Source: Salpingoeca rosetta (lineage: Eukaryota; Protista; Choanoflagellata). From it: DNA of 64,000 bases. Where the stretch lies: contig JAWQFM010000008.1 of the NCBI GenBank assembly GCA_033442325.1, forward strand, positions 685,103 to 749,102. Reading direction: 5' to 3'. Within the stretch, counting starts at the first letter, position 1. Each line of letters opens with the position of its first letter. Both the position numbers and the translations under genes were made by a program. This document shows, piece after piece, positions 1 through 11,953 of this stretch. Below the pieces are notes generated by a model that was not told the origin of the DNA, searched no databases, and saw only the letters and a list, made by a program, of their open reading frames with translations.

Positions 1-209
1 TGGTGCTTGTCCACTGCATGGAAGGCTTCAGTCGAAGCCCGAGCATCGCCGCCGCCTACCTCATCAAGCACCACAACATGACAGCTGCCGAAGCACTCAC
101 ACACATTCGAGCAAAGCGAGAGGTGTTCCCAAATGAAGGTTTTCTCAAGCAACTCTTGCAATGGCAGGAAACCATCCAACAAGCGTCGTCTGAAAAGGAC
201 AGCGCATGA
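1..209 (+). CDS. Dual-specificity protein phosphatase, last exon (5' part lies outside the window)
   Basis: VLVHCMEGFSRS is the HCx5R catalytic loop. It is followed by AAAYLI...AL..IR..R...PN.GFLKQL, the typical DUSP C-terminal motif. TGA at 207-209. Confidence 0.92.
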   Translation, partial: VLVHCMEGFSRSPSIAAAYLIKHHNMTAAEALTHIRAKREVFPNEGFLKQLLQWQETIQQASSEKDSA

Positions 210-581
210 TGTGACTTCCGCCACGCCGTTTCCCTGTTTGTTTGCGTTGTGATTCTCTGAACCACCAGTCACATGGTGCACCGCTTGCGCTTCTTCCAAC
301 CCCCCCCCTCTTAACCTCAAAAGCAAGCTCTGCACTGCTTTCATCAATGGCTTTCTGGTCAGTATTCTGTTGAATAAACGAACGAAACAGCGTACACATG
401 TTGGCTAAGCTCGATGAAGGACGATGAAACGAAACAAAACAAAAGCAGAACAGAACACAAGACACACACACACGCACGCACGCACAAGATGAGGTCACAT
501 CACAACACTTCGCAACCATGCCAGAACAGTTCAAACAGGACACGGAGACGTTCGTCCGCGACAACAAAAACGTGGAAGACG

Positions 582-3500
582 TTAGCGGGACGATGTCTTG
601 GAGTTTGCCGTGAGGCGTTTTGGAGGGGTGTCGTTGAAAACAACACGATGCTCGACGGACCGCTGAGACGATCCGTGAGCGGAAGCACCAGAAGGAGTAG
701 AAGAAGATGCCTGTGCAGAACGGCTTGTGATGGTAGACGTGGACACGTGTGAAGTGTGAGAAGCAGCGTTCGAAGATATCGCGGCCTCCATGGACGCAGC
801 TGCCTTGCACCCAGCCTCAAACTTGGCCCGGAAATCAGCAAGCGCCTCGCTCGACTTGAGCCGCAGCGCAAACTTGTGCAGGCCAACATCCTCGTCGTCG
901 CTGTGGTCGTACGCAACCCACGTCACGCAGTTGTTCGTCTGCGGCATCGCGTGCAGCTGCATCTCCCCCGTCAGCCAGTGGTTCGCAGCTACACGCTGCA
1001 CCTGGTCGCGCCACATGGCAAGCCGCACCCGCTTCGTCGCCGGGTCCTCAAGCAGCTTCACCGTCCCCACACCGCGCTCCTTCCACTGCATCCCTTCGTT
1101 GCCCTTGCCCCACCGGTACAGCTTGCACCGGCCCTCAAACACAACGTTCTGCCCTTCCTCGCCAGTCACCTTCTTCACCTCAGAGGCATCAGGCAGCTTC
1201 ACAATCGCCTCAAACTTGCTGCTTGCGCCGCCCTCAGCCTCCTCGCTGGCGCCCTCTTCCTCAGCCTCACCGGCCTTCTCCGCCGCCTCCTTCTCCTTGC
1301 TTCCGCCAAACAGCGTCGTGCCCTTGTTCTGCCCGCTGCCAAAGCTGAAGCCCTTGAACTGGAACCCGCCGCTCGGCTTGCTTCCCGCCTCGCTGCCCTT
1401 GGCACCAGCATCGGACTCCTTGCCAGACTCCTTGCCAGCGTCCTTGCCCTTGCCAGCGAGCGCGCCAAACGTCAGCTTGCCGCCCTGCCCAAACACTGGG
1501 ATTTGGTTGCCATGGGTGTTGCCATGTCCATGTTGGTGAATAGTTGCGGGCTGAGTGCGGTTGCGCTGCTCATGCTGCACAGCCGTTGTCGCCTCAACGT
1601 CAATGACTTGCTGATCGTTGTGTTTCACGATGAAAAATCCTTTCGGCAACATAAGCCGGTCTGCTTTGTCGACGAGATGTTCGGGAACGGTTGGTTCTCC
1701 AAGTTGCCAGCGTCCTTGCCCTTGGCAGCGAGCGCGCCAAACGTCAGCTTGCCGCCCTGCCCAAACCCGCCAAACCCTGGCTTCCCGCCAGCAGGCGAGC
1801 TCGTCGCAGATGCAGTCGCAGATGCAGTCGCGCTCGTAAGAACCTGAAAAGTCGTTGAAGGAGACAACGGAGGCTGCAAGCGTCTGCTTCGCCGCACTCC
1901 CGCCAAACGAAAACGCAGGCTTGCTCTCCCCGTCCTTCTTCTGGAACGGGAATCGCGGCCCGCTCGCCTTCTCGGCGTCAGCCTTGCCCTGCGTCTTCTC
2001 ATCGGCAACCTTCTCAGCTGCCTTCGTGGTCGCCGTTGCCGTCGACGTGCTCGTCGTTGCCTTCGCCGCAGGCGCTGCTTCCGCGGTCGTGGTCGTGGTC
2101 GTGCCATCGTCCCCATGCAACGCAGCTGCCTTGCACCCAGCCTCAAACTTGGCCCGGAAATCAGCAAGCGCCTCGCTCGACTTGAGCCGCAGCGCAAACT
2201 TGTGCAGGCCAACATCCTCGTCGTCGCTGTGGTCGTACGCAACCCACGTCACGCAGTTGTTCGTCTGCGGCATCGCGTGCAGCTGCATCTCCCCCGTCAG
2301 CCAGTGGTTCGCAGCTACACGCTGCACCTGGTCGCGCCACATGGCAAGCCGCACCCGCTTCGTCGCCGGGTCCTCAAGCAGCTTCACCGTCCCCACGCCG
2401 CGCTCCTTCCACTGCATCCCTTCGTTGCCCTTGCCCCACCGGTACAGCTTGCACCGGCCCTCAAACACAACGTTCTGCCCTTCCTCGCCAGTCACCTTCT
2501 TCACCTCAGAGGCATCAGGCAGCTTCACAATCGCCTCAAACTTGCTGCTTGCGCCGCCCTCAGCCTCCTCGCTGGCGCCCTCTTCCTCAGCCTCACCGGC
2601 CTTCTCCGCCGCCTCCTTCTCCTTGCTTCCGCCAAACAGCGTCGTGCCCTTGTTCTGCCCGCTGCCAAAGCTGAAGCCCTTGAACTGGAACCCGCCGCTC
2701 GGCTTGCTTCCCGCCTCGCTGCCCTTGGCACCAGCATCGGACTCCTTGCCAGACTCCTTGCCAGCGTCCTTGCCCTTGGTAGCGAGCGCGCCAAACGTCA
2801 GCTTGCCGCCCTGCCCAAACCCGCCGAACCCTGGCTTCCCGCCAGCAGGCGAGCTGGTAGCCATGTTGGATTGCTGACGCGCAGCGGAAGATGTGGCAGG
2901 TGATGCGGGTTCTGGCTTCTTCGCCTGCGTTGGATTTTGGACCGGAATGTGTGCTGGTCCGGTTGGCACGGCTGTCGGAGCACTTTCACTGCCACTTGTT
3001 GGTTTACCCAATTCTTTGGGCACCGCCGCTGTTGCAGGTGCTGCTTCTGGCTCCAGCATATCTGCTGTGGTTGGGGCGCCAGCAAGAATGGAAGTCCAAG
3101 CTGCGGCAATGTGGATTCTGTAAGGGTTGTGTGAAGCTGCACTAGGGGGCGTGACGGGTCGTTGCAGGATTGCCTCGTGCAAGTTTGCTGTTGCAGATGA
3201 GCTTGCTTGGGAAGCTGCAGTGTCGTTCTGATTCGTGCCAACTGTCAGCTTGTGCCATTGCTTCTCGAGATCATCCACGTTGCTGGCAGCCAGCGCCTTG
3301 AGCAGATCCTTCTTTTTTCTGATCATCTGTCGTTTTGCATCAATTTGGTTCTGGTAGCAAGCGAAGGACGCATCACCGCCGCCGCGCAGACTGGTCAGCG
3401 CCTCGTTAACGCTGTCGTCACTGGAGTTGAGGTCAAGGCCTCGCTGAGCATAGCTTTGCGCCAAGTCTTGACGCCCCTGTTCCATGGTGTGTGCGCGCAC

Positions 3501-6500
3501 CCAAGCGTTAGTGCGGAATAAAATATCAGGGAAACAATCTACCAAATGGTCCCGAAAATTGTGTTTGCATCAAGCTGGTATTTTGTATTTTCGGCTGATT
3601 GTGATTGTGATTGTGCTTGTGATCTGTGTGTGCGCGGGGGTAAGTGTGGCTTGAACGGACCTGTCGGCTGTATGTGATGGCAACCTTTGCGAGGAGGAGA
3701 GCGTGCAGGTTGTCATCCATGCGAAGAGGGCTCTGCTCGAAGCGCTTCAGGCACTGCACGGGCCGCTGAGCCTGGTCCAGCAGCTGAACAGCAATGCCAT
3801 GCAGATACGGCTGCGCCGCGTCAATGGGCTCGCCATCTGCCCCGAACAGCCGCAATTGACGTGCTCCGCCTACACACACACACGCAAGCAACATCCATTC
3901 GTGAAGGAGAAAGAATTGCGATATGTCCACAAGGCTCGACGAGGCCATAGCACACACACACTCTCTCTCATGGAACGCATGGAACACGGGGTAGGAGTGT
4001 TGTGTGAACTTTCCGCACTGTGTGGAATATGGCAACCGACCTGACTCAATGTAATCTTCGAGGTCGTAGCCGCTGTCGAAGACAGCGTCGAGGAAGCGCT
4101 CCAGACGCGCGTGGGGAGGAGCGTCGCGTGCCTGTGTTGATGTGTGCGGGTCGGGCAAGCGCAACCACCGTGAACGTGCCACGTGAGCCATCGCAGTGGA
4201 GCCAACAGCAAGGAAGAGGCGCGCTCAAGACCATACTTGCTTGCGCGATGGATGCATGCATCAAGCACGAGCAGGACCACATATTGATTGATCTTGCCTG
4301 AGCGTGCGACCACAGCAAATGGATTAGGGGCCCAGCGTGCTTGCTGACGGGCTTGGGAATTGAACTTCCCCGCAGCTCAGCGATGCATGCATCCACAGCC
4401 GAAGCCTGTGCCCACGAAACCAGGCAGGCAGAGGAAACAAACGCAGGTCAGTGAGACCAAGCTGGTGGCGTGGGGCAGGCACGTGCGCAGACACAGTGTC
4501 AGCAAGATGTTGACTGTCCAAACGCCGAGAAACGCACCTCCAAAGGCGAGGTTGTGGTGGTGCACGCCTTCCAGCAGTCGAGCTGTGTGCTGGACATGGG
4601 AATGACATCCTGTATGGGCACAAACAACGCATGTGAGCTGCAAGATCGGTGCAACAGCAGCGACAGCAGTGGAAGTGGTAGTCGGTCGTGGCATCAGCAA
4701 GCAACGACGGCAATGGAGTAGCTGCGACTTACTGGAAACAGTTTGGCTGAAGCTTTGGACGCCAGGGCCGTGAGAAAACAGAGTACGTCCAGCTGTGAAG
4801 CAGACCATAGGTGTGAAGCATAAGTAGCATGAGCCTCTCGTGTGGTCACAACGCACCACGCACTCATGCCCTCCTCAATGTGAGTGGGCATTCGAACGGA
4901 AGCAAGGGCTAAAGGGCACACAAGGCGCACCTGTGAAACGTCCGTGTCCTCGGTGTCGTCGTTGATGTGGGCGGCTGTGGGAACGAGAACAGGAACCCAC
5001 TGTTTGGCCACGTCTGCATCGCTGTGTAAGACCGCAGCACAAGCGAAACAAGGTGAGCAGCGCTTTTCACGTCCACACGATTATGCCCAAACATGCGCAC
5101 ACACACACATAGAGCTTGTGCGAGGTGTGTCGGAGAGTCCTTGCGGCAGCAGTGCTTGTGTCTTGCTTACCTGAGGAGCAGGAAGGCGAGGGTGCGCGGG
5201 TCGCGAGCCAAAACAAGCAGTGTCTCTTCTGCCATGTTGTGCGCGGATGTGCCTGTCAGGAGCGTTGCTGGCGAGTCTGCGAGCGCAGCGTGCAGGGCGA
5301 GGTCGATGCTTGTGAAGCCAGCTGCGTCGAGTGCCGATTGTACCTGTGCAAGATCAACTCGCAGGCGGTGGTAGTCTGTGCTGTCGTGGGCGTGGGCATG
5401 CAGAATGGCAGCACAGACGCGAGACCTGCGCTCCTGCATCAGCAGCAACGCGTCGCGCGTCTCTGGGAAGAGGGCGGACGAGGTTGACGTGGCAATGTGC
5501 ACACGTCCAGCCGCGGCGACCAGGCAGTGCAGCAGGGCGTGCGACAGCACTGTGTTGTTGTCTCCATCAGACAGAAGCACAGCAACAGCGTAGAGGACGT
5601 CGCGGGCGAGAGCGGCGCGGGTGTCGGCGGGCAGCGCTGGTGCGTTGTTTGTGATGCGGGAAATGCAGGCCTGCAGCTCTGCAGCGACGGCCGCGGCAGA
5701 TGTGGCGGCTGTTGCTGTTGCCCACGAGAGATGGCGCAGGTCGGCGATGTTTGCCATGACAATGGCGTTGAGGTGCGCAGCATCCGCTTTGCTGGTTCTG
5801 CTGGCAATATCGGCCGCAGCTCGCTTGGCTGCCGTCCACCACGCACTCTACGCAGACAAACGACAGTCAAGAAGCGGCAGCACATGACGTGGCAGTGTGT
5901 GAGTGAGTGAGTGATTGATTGAGTGAGTGATTGAGTGAGTGAGTGAGTGAGTGAGTGAGTGAGTGAGTGAGTGAGTGAGTGAGTGAGTGAGTGTGGGAGG
6001 GGGACAAAGATGCTTCAGCACATGTAGGGGGTGAAGCATAGCGTTCCGGTGCGATGCATGTGTTGAAGGCATCCTGGTGCTGTTGTGCTGTGTTGTGGTG
6101 GGGTAGTTGAGCTGTGGTGTGTTGCTGTTGTGGGTTGCTGCTGTGTGTGGTTCAGTTCGCACCGTATCGAGGGGCGCGCTGGCCATGTGTCGCACGCAAT
6201 CATCGTAGCCTGCAGAGCATGAAAGGAAACATGTGCATCGAATGCAGAGTGCAGAACATGAGATGTGGGCATCATGAGGCCAACCCCTCCCCTTCCAGCT
6301 TCCGATGTTTTAGGAAAAGGGCCCACGATGAACGTACGCTGCTGGCGAAGCAGGCGAGAGATGTGGCGAATGTGCAGGCGCAGTGCTGTGGGGACCTGCA
6401 TGGCCAAACACGAGCGATGCGATGGCCACGGCGAGTACGGGGACAAGGAGGTGAGGTGAGCAAGGGAAATGAGCGGGTGTAAGGGGGAAGGGGAGCGAGG

Positions 6501-7447
6501 GAAATGAGCGCACACAGCCCAGAGATCAAACAATCAACGCAATGACGGGACACTTTGAAGCAACACGTGCCTTCTGGATGAGCTGCGCCAGGAATGCGTT
6601 GCCGTCATCTGAGCTTGGAAGCGCCTCGACAAGTTTGAGGGCCTTGTCAAGCAGCGCCGTTGCCTCGGAGGGCAAAAGGTGTTCTTTCAGGCCCTCGACG
6701 GTGGCGTCCTGAACAAAGCAACAGGTCAACGGAAACTTAGCATGAGGGCGTGTGCACTTGGCGAGCCAACGACGAAAGCGAGCACAGGTGGCAAGCGACT
6801 GGCGTGGCGACTGTGGGAGCATGGGAAAAGTCATCAAGGGGGGGGGGGGCAAGGCGTGTGCGTGTGGATTGGTGCTGCGCAAACACAATAATGGCGAAGG
6901 CATGAACCTTGGCAGCTGCAAGAACGCCTTGGTCTGCGGCGAACTCTTCTGTGGCCAATGAAACCTACGCAGGGTGAGGCGGGGGTGTGCAGGTGACGAG
7001 ATGCATGGAGAGGGAATGTGAGCACACGTCGGCTCACGCCATTCGTTTACAGCGACGCACAGACAAAGCGCTTCCAAGTTGGGTTGTAAGCGCGAAGAGC
7101 AAGCGATAGGGACAACCATGCACGCACATACGTAAACATAGCACGTGTGCAGATACAGTGCACACACATACACAAAGAAACAAAGAAACACACACACACA
7201 CACACATACCCGAGCATCCACGAGTCCGAGTAGGGCGGCTTTGCGCATAGGCGTCATCTTCAACCTACACGACACACCATTCAAAGCATTCGAGGCAGTG
7301 CCGCGTGCGGACAGCAGCGTGGTTATGAATGAGAGTTAAGAATGTGGGTGACACGACCTGAGTCAAGGGCTGTCCGCAAGCTGTAGGGACATGCGCAACA
7401 GGCGGGAGGTGTGACGAGGGTGTGCGTGCGTGTGTGCGTGTGTGCGC

Positions 7448-7505
<58 letters not shown>

Positions 7506-7628
7506 GTGTGTGTGTGTGTGTGTGATGTAACGAGGGCGCGCGAACCTGTCGAAGATTTGAACTGCCTCTGCAAAGCGGTGCTGCCGAAGCAGCCTTTGGG
7601 CTTCATGGAGCGACTTGTGCGCGTCCAT
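582..7628 (-). CDS. RANBP2: RanBP2/Nup358-like nucleoporin, multi-exon: helical/TPR-like N-terminus, FG-rich linkers, two RanBD1 domains, IR-like motif
   Basis: ATG at 7628 (MDAHKSLHEAQRLLRQHRFAEAVQIFDR), then several GT-AG helical exons (7264-7210, 6964-6908, ~6708-6555, ~5850-5171 and others). The large terminal ORF has two RanBDs (VTGEEGQNVVFEGRCKLYRW...WKERGVGTVKLL...RLAMWRDQVQRVAANH), FG/FxFG motifs and LMLPKGFF. Internal exon joins are only partly resolved. Confidence 0.75.
794..1494. repeat. ~700-bp intragenic direct repeat, copy 1 (FG linker plus RanBD); partner at 2120-2820
   Basis: Aligns to 2120-2820 at offset 1326, with about 3 mismatches seen by eye. Confidence 0.95.
2120..2855. 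repeat. Intragenic direct repeat, copy 2; its 2758-2855 end also recurs at 1704-1801
   Basis: Direct sequence comparison. Confidence 0.95.
5897..5992. repeat. (TGAG)n microsatellite in an intron
   Basis: Visible tandem repeat. Confidence 0.95.
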
Positions 7629-8094
7629 GGCCACAAGACACTAGCGAGCACGGTTTGGTGGCTTGGCCGTGTGGAGTGGTCCTTGCGTGCGTGTGTGTGT
7701 GTTCGCTGGAGAGTCAAGCAGCAGTGACAAACGTGAGCGGCAGTGGCATGTGACAGACTGCAAATGCTACAATGCGATTGCAAGGAGGAATGAGTGAGTC
7801 ATCGACTTTGTGCGTCGTCGAGACCACCCACATCACATTCCACACCACACCACACGATGCAGTACCTCGTCGCGCACAGCCCCCAAGACAAAGAAAAGCA
7901 ACACACACGCACACCAAGCAGCCAGTGTCTCGTTCGCACGTTGTCTTTGTCGCCGTCGAGTCTTCTTTTCGGCTGATGTGACGGTTTCTCCTTCCGACTG
8001 TGGGCGACTAATGCGCACGGCCACAGCACAGAAAAGTGTGCGAAACATACACGATCCACCGCACAAATCATATGCTGTTGCGACCTGTGCAGAG

Positions 8095-8418
8095 ATGCGG
8101 ACGGGGATGACGAGAAGGTTGTTGTTGTGGTGGTGTGTGTTGCTGGTTGTGTTGAGTGGTGGTGGCCCGACACAGGCCACCAACTCCACCACGACCACGA
8201 CCACGACCACGACAACACCAGCAATGAACAACAGTACGTCAGCATCACCAATGAACAGTACTATGAGTGCGCCAACCACGCTCAACGGCACGACTACATC
8301 GACCGTTGCAAGCGTTACAAATGTGACAAATGCCACCATGAATGTGTCAGCGCCAACCACGACCGGCACAACAGCCACAAGTGCAACGAGTGCTGTAAAC
8401 GCAAGCACATTTGCCACG

Positions 8419-8452
<34 letters not shown>

Positions 8453-8620
8453 CGACGACGACGACGACGACGAGGGGTGGTGACGGTGTGCCGGCTGGGA
8501 CTGCAGGTGCAACAGCTTCTCTTCCCTTCAACCCCAACAACCCATGCGTCCCTTGCGAGCTTCTGTGCGTGCCTCAGAGACGCCATTTCCATTGCCCGCG
8601 TGTGTGTACACGTATGTGTA

Positions 8621-8670
<50 letters not shown>

Positions 8671-9418
8671 CACGTGAATGTATGTTTGAGCGCGCTTCTG
8701 TTGGTGTGGCTGTTTATCTGCGTTTCGCCTCACCTCATCCCCCCTTGCTATGGGCCGCAATGGACAGGCCGGACGAGTTCCTGGACTGCGATCGACCGGG
8801 CAAAGAAACGAAATGCAAGGTGCAGCAAGCAATGAGCTGCCGTGTGGAAAGTGCCGCGATGTTGAATGCACTTGTTGCACCTGCATTGTCGACACACATG
8901 CGCATGGTCTCAAGCATACTCCTCGTACCTGCTCCCCGTTGCATATTTGTTAGTTTGGTGCGACATCAATGGCAAATCTCAAGTACACTAACGTGACATG
9001 CCGTGTCCTACCTAACATCGAGTGTTTTGGTGAGTCATTGCGCCGACCTCTCTCAGTGTGTGTGTGTGTGTGTCTTTGCGGCTGCCTGTGTGCGTCTTCG
9101 TCTGTGAATTCGCGCGTCTGTGTCTGTGAGGGTGAGTTTGGCTTGCGTGAATCCATCCGTTGGCACGTGCCCTGCACTGACATCCCTCGTGAGTGTGACT
9201 GCCCACTGCGTCAACGTCAACACCACCGCTGCCATTGTGGCACCAATCAACAAACTGTGTCTCGTAGGCCCTGCACCCTTGGATCAGTGTACGCGATCGT
9301 CCAATGCAACCGCGCGCACATTTGTTCGCCACTCTGTGCCCTGCATCAAGTACACGGGCCATTACTTCCTCACCACCCTCCTCCTCAGCATATTCCTCGG
9401 GTACTGTGACTCCATGTG

Positions 9419-9502
<84 letters not shown>

Positions 9503-9776
9503 TTGCTTGCCCAGCTTGGAAGCCATGACTCATCACTCGTCACCTCTGTGCACGTGTGGGTGTGCTTTAACTGCTTGTTGAACAGGATCTGCGCTGCGGA
9601 CCGCTTCTGTCTTGGCTACAAGTGTTCCGCCGCAGGCAAACTGCTCACCTTGGGTGCGACACATACACACACGCGCGCGCCTCTGCCCTGTACTCTGTGT
9701 GTATGACTGAGTATGGGTGTACAAGATATGCATCTTTCCAGAAGCTCTACCAACCCCAAATTACAAGCCGCTCACG

Positions 9777-9821
<45 letters not shown>

Positions 9822-9941
9822 TATTCACCACGTGTGTGGTGGGCAGGCGGGCTTGGGTTTTGGTGGATTGTGGATATTGTGCTGCTGCTGACAGGAAATC
9901 TGCGCCCGTCTGACGGAAGCTCGTGGGAGCCGTACTTCTGA
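8095..9941 (+). CDS. TM2D2: TM2 domain-containing protein, TM2D2-like, with signal peptide and Thr/Ser/Asn-rich mucin-like stalk (6 exons)
   Basis: Spliced product: [23 protein letters not shown]...[15 protein letters not shown]...[15 protein letters not shown]...RTF...[74 protein letters not shown]. It has the DRF motif and a C-terminus matching animal TM2D2 as I recall it. All introns are GT-AG and in frame. Confidence 0.9.
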
Positions 9942-9944
9942 TGG

Positions 9945-9985
<41 letters not shown>

Positions 9986-10786
9986 TTGTTGTTGTTGTTG
10001 TTGTTGTTTCTCGTTCTTCGTGTGTTCCCGCGTGCGTCTGAGCAACGGTGCGCGTGTGTGCAAGGCAACAGCAACATGCGGCGACGTTGCTGCGCCATGC
10101 TTGTAAATCTCTTTTGTTACATGACAGTTTCCTATCACACTTATTATTCCTTCGTGGGCCGTGTGTCGCCGCCAACAAGCCGAGTTCCGCACTTGTGTCC
10201 AGCAAACGCAGCGGCGCTCGCCCCAATTGTGTTACTTGCTCGGTTGCTTGTGATCACGCGTGTATTGGGTGTTGGCACGCGACAGAAGAAAAATGATACC
10301 AGTAAACGAACAATAGACATGACGCACAACGTGTGCATGCACTTGAAGGCATATGTGCGCACATGTGTAACGCGAACAGCAGTTGAAAGCAGAGTAACAG
10401 AAGCCGCAAACACCCAATGCTTCCAACACACACACGAACACAGAGGGTGAAAGCTGCTGTCTCACATCAGAACTGCGTCATGGTAAAGTGAAAAAAAAAA
10501 AAAAAACACAGACACACACATATACATCACACTTCAAACGCAAATGCGCAAATGCGTGGATGAAATGGGGCGGCAGAACATGTGTAGTGCGTTGGTGTTG
10601 GAAGAGGAGAAGTTGTGCAAAACGTGCTGTGCTTGGGCAATTGCCACCAACCAGCACCGTCACCACCACCACCTTGTCCGGCACAAGCGTGCACACGGAG
10701 ACTGCAGGCGTGCCGCTCATCCAAACGCACAAGAGGCACGCCACAGTCACATCATCCCACAACATCGCCCGTGCAAGGGTGAGCAG

Positions 10787-11068
10787 CTACCACACATACA
10801 CCCACGCGTACGAGGTGACGGTAGAGTTGGTGGGGTTGCCAACAACGTTACCGCCTGTCAGCGTGTAGCACTTGAGCCCCGTGGCCTTGTCGTCCATATC
10901 GCCGTTGCGCCACTGCAGCTTGAATCCGTCGGAGAAGGGGAGGGGATCCATCTCGTGGAAGCGGTAGGCAGACCACTTGACGCCCTCCGTCGTGTCAATG
11001 TGCGTAAACCCGCTCACGGGGAACCGGAACTGGCCTGTGCAGTGGTGTATGTGTGTGTGCGTGCGTGC

Positions 11069-11167
<99 letters not shown>

Positions 11168-11800
11168 GTGAGCGACACTGGTTGAATAACAAGGACTAGT
11201 CAACCCTCGAACGGTCTGGGCAAATGGTCATGTCACAAACACAACCCAACAACAGCACACGTTAGCACATTCACACATCAACACACTAAACACATTCACA
11301 CATCAACACGTGTCAATGAAACAATAACTGCGCATCTTGCTTTGGTTGCTAACCCGCATGATCTTGTCCGAGTCGTCAATTTGAAAGTCAGGCTCACACT
11401 GCAGGCCAAGTGCTCCACACGTCGCCGCGCACGAGTCGCCTGTGGGCATGCAAGGCACCAGGCACACAAACACGAAGCATGGAGCAAACGCGCCAAAAAA
11501 AAAAAAAGGACAAGTGTTAATCTAACCCATACAAACAACAACAACAACAACTTAAACAACAACTTAAACAACTTAAACAACAACAACACCTTCGTTTAGC
11601 CTCAGCTGTTCAAACGAAGTGCCGCCCCGTCTGAGAGAACGCAATACCCTCTGTCACGTGTCTAACGCTGCTGCTTTGCTCGCCACCCTCTCCTCACCTT
11701 GCTGGCCCATGTAGTAGTTGCCAGCAGCAGCAGCAGCCGTGTGCACGGCCACCACCGCCACCAACACAACAACAACAACAACACCAACGCGCTCTTGCAT
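10787..11800 (-). CDS. DUF2961/GH172-like protein: only a signal-peptide exon and the C-terminal exon are present (truncated or mis-assembled)
   Basis: Exon 11034-10787 encodes [12 protein letters not shown]...[26 protein letters not shown]...SYAWVYVW*, resembling the DUF2961 YRxHxxDPxxF motif. Exon 11800-11698 is a hydrophobic signal peptide ending at a phase-compatible GTGAGG donor. Confidence 0.6.
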
Positions 11801-11953
11801 CGTCTTCCTTGGTTGGCCCAGTAAACCACCGAGTGCTGAAAAGTGGTTGAAAATATCCACAAATCGTCCCAACTGCACTCGCACAGATGGAGAACGACTG
11901 CTGCATCTGCACACTACGTTGAACCTCGTCGCACACTGCACCCAACACACGAT

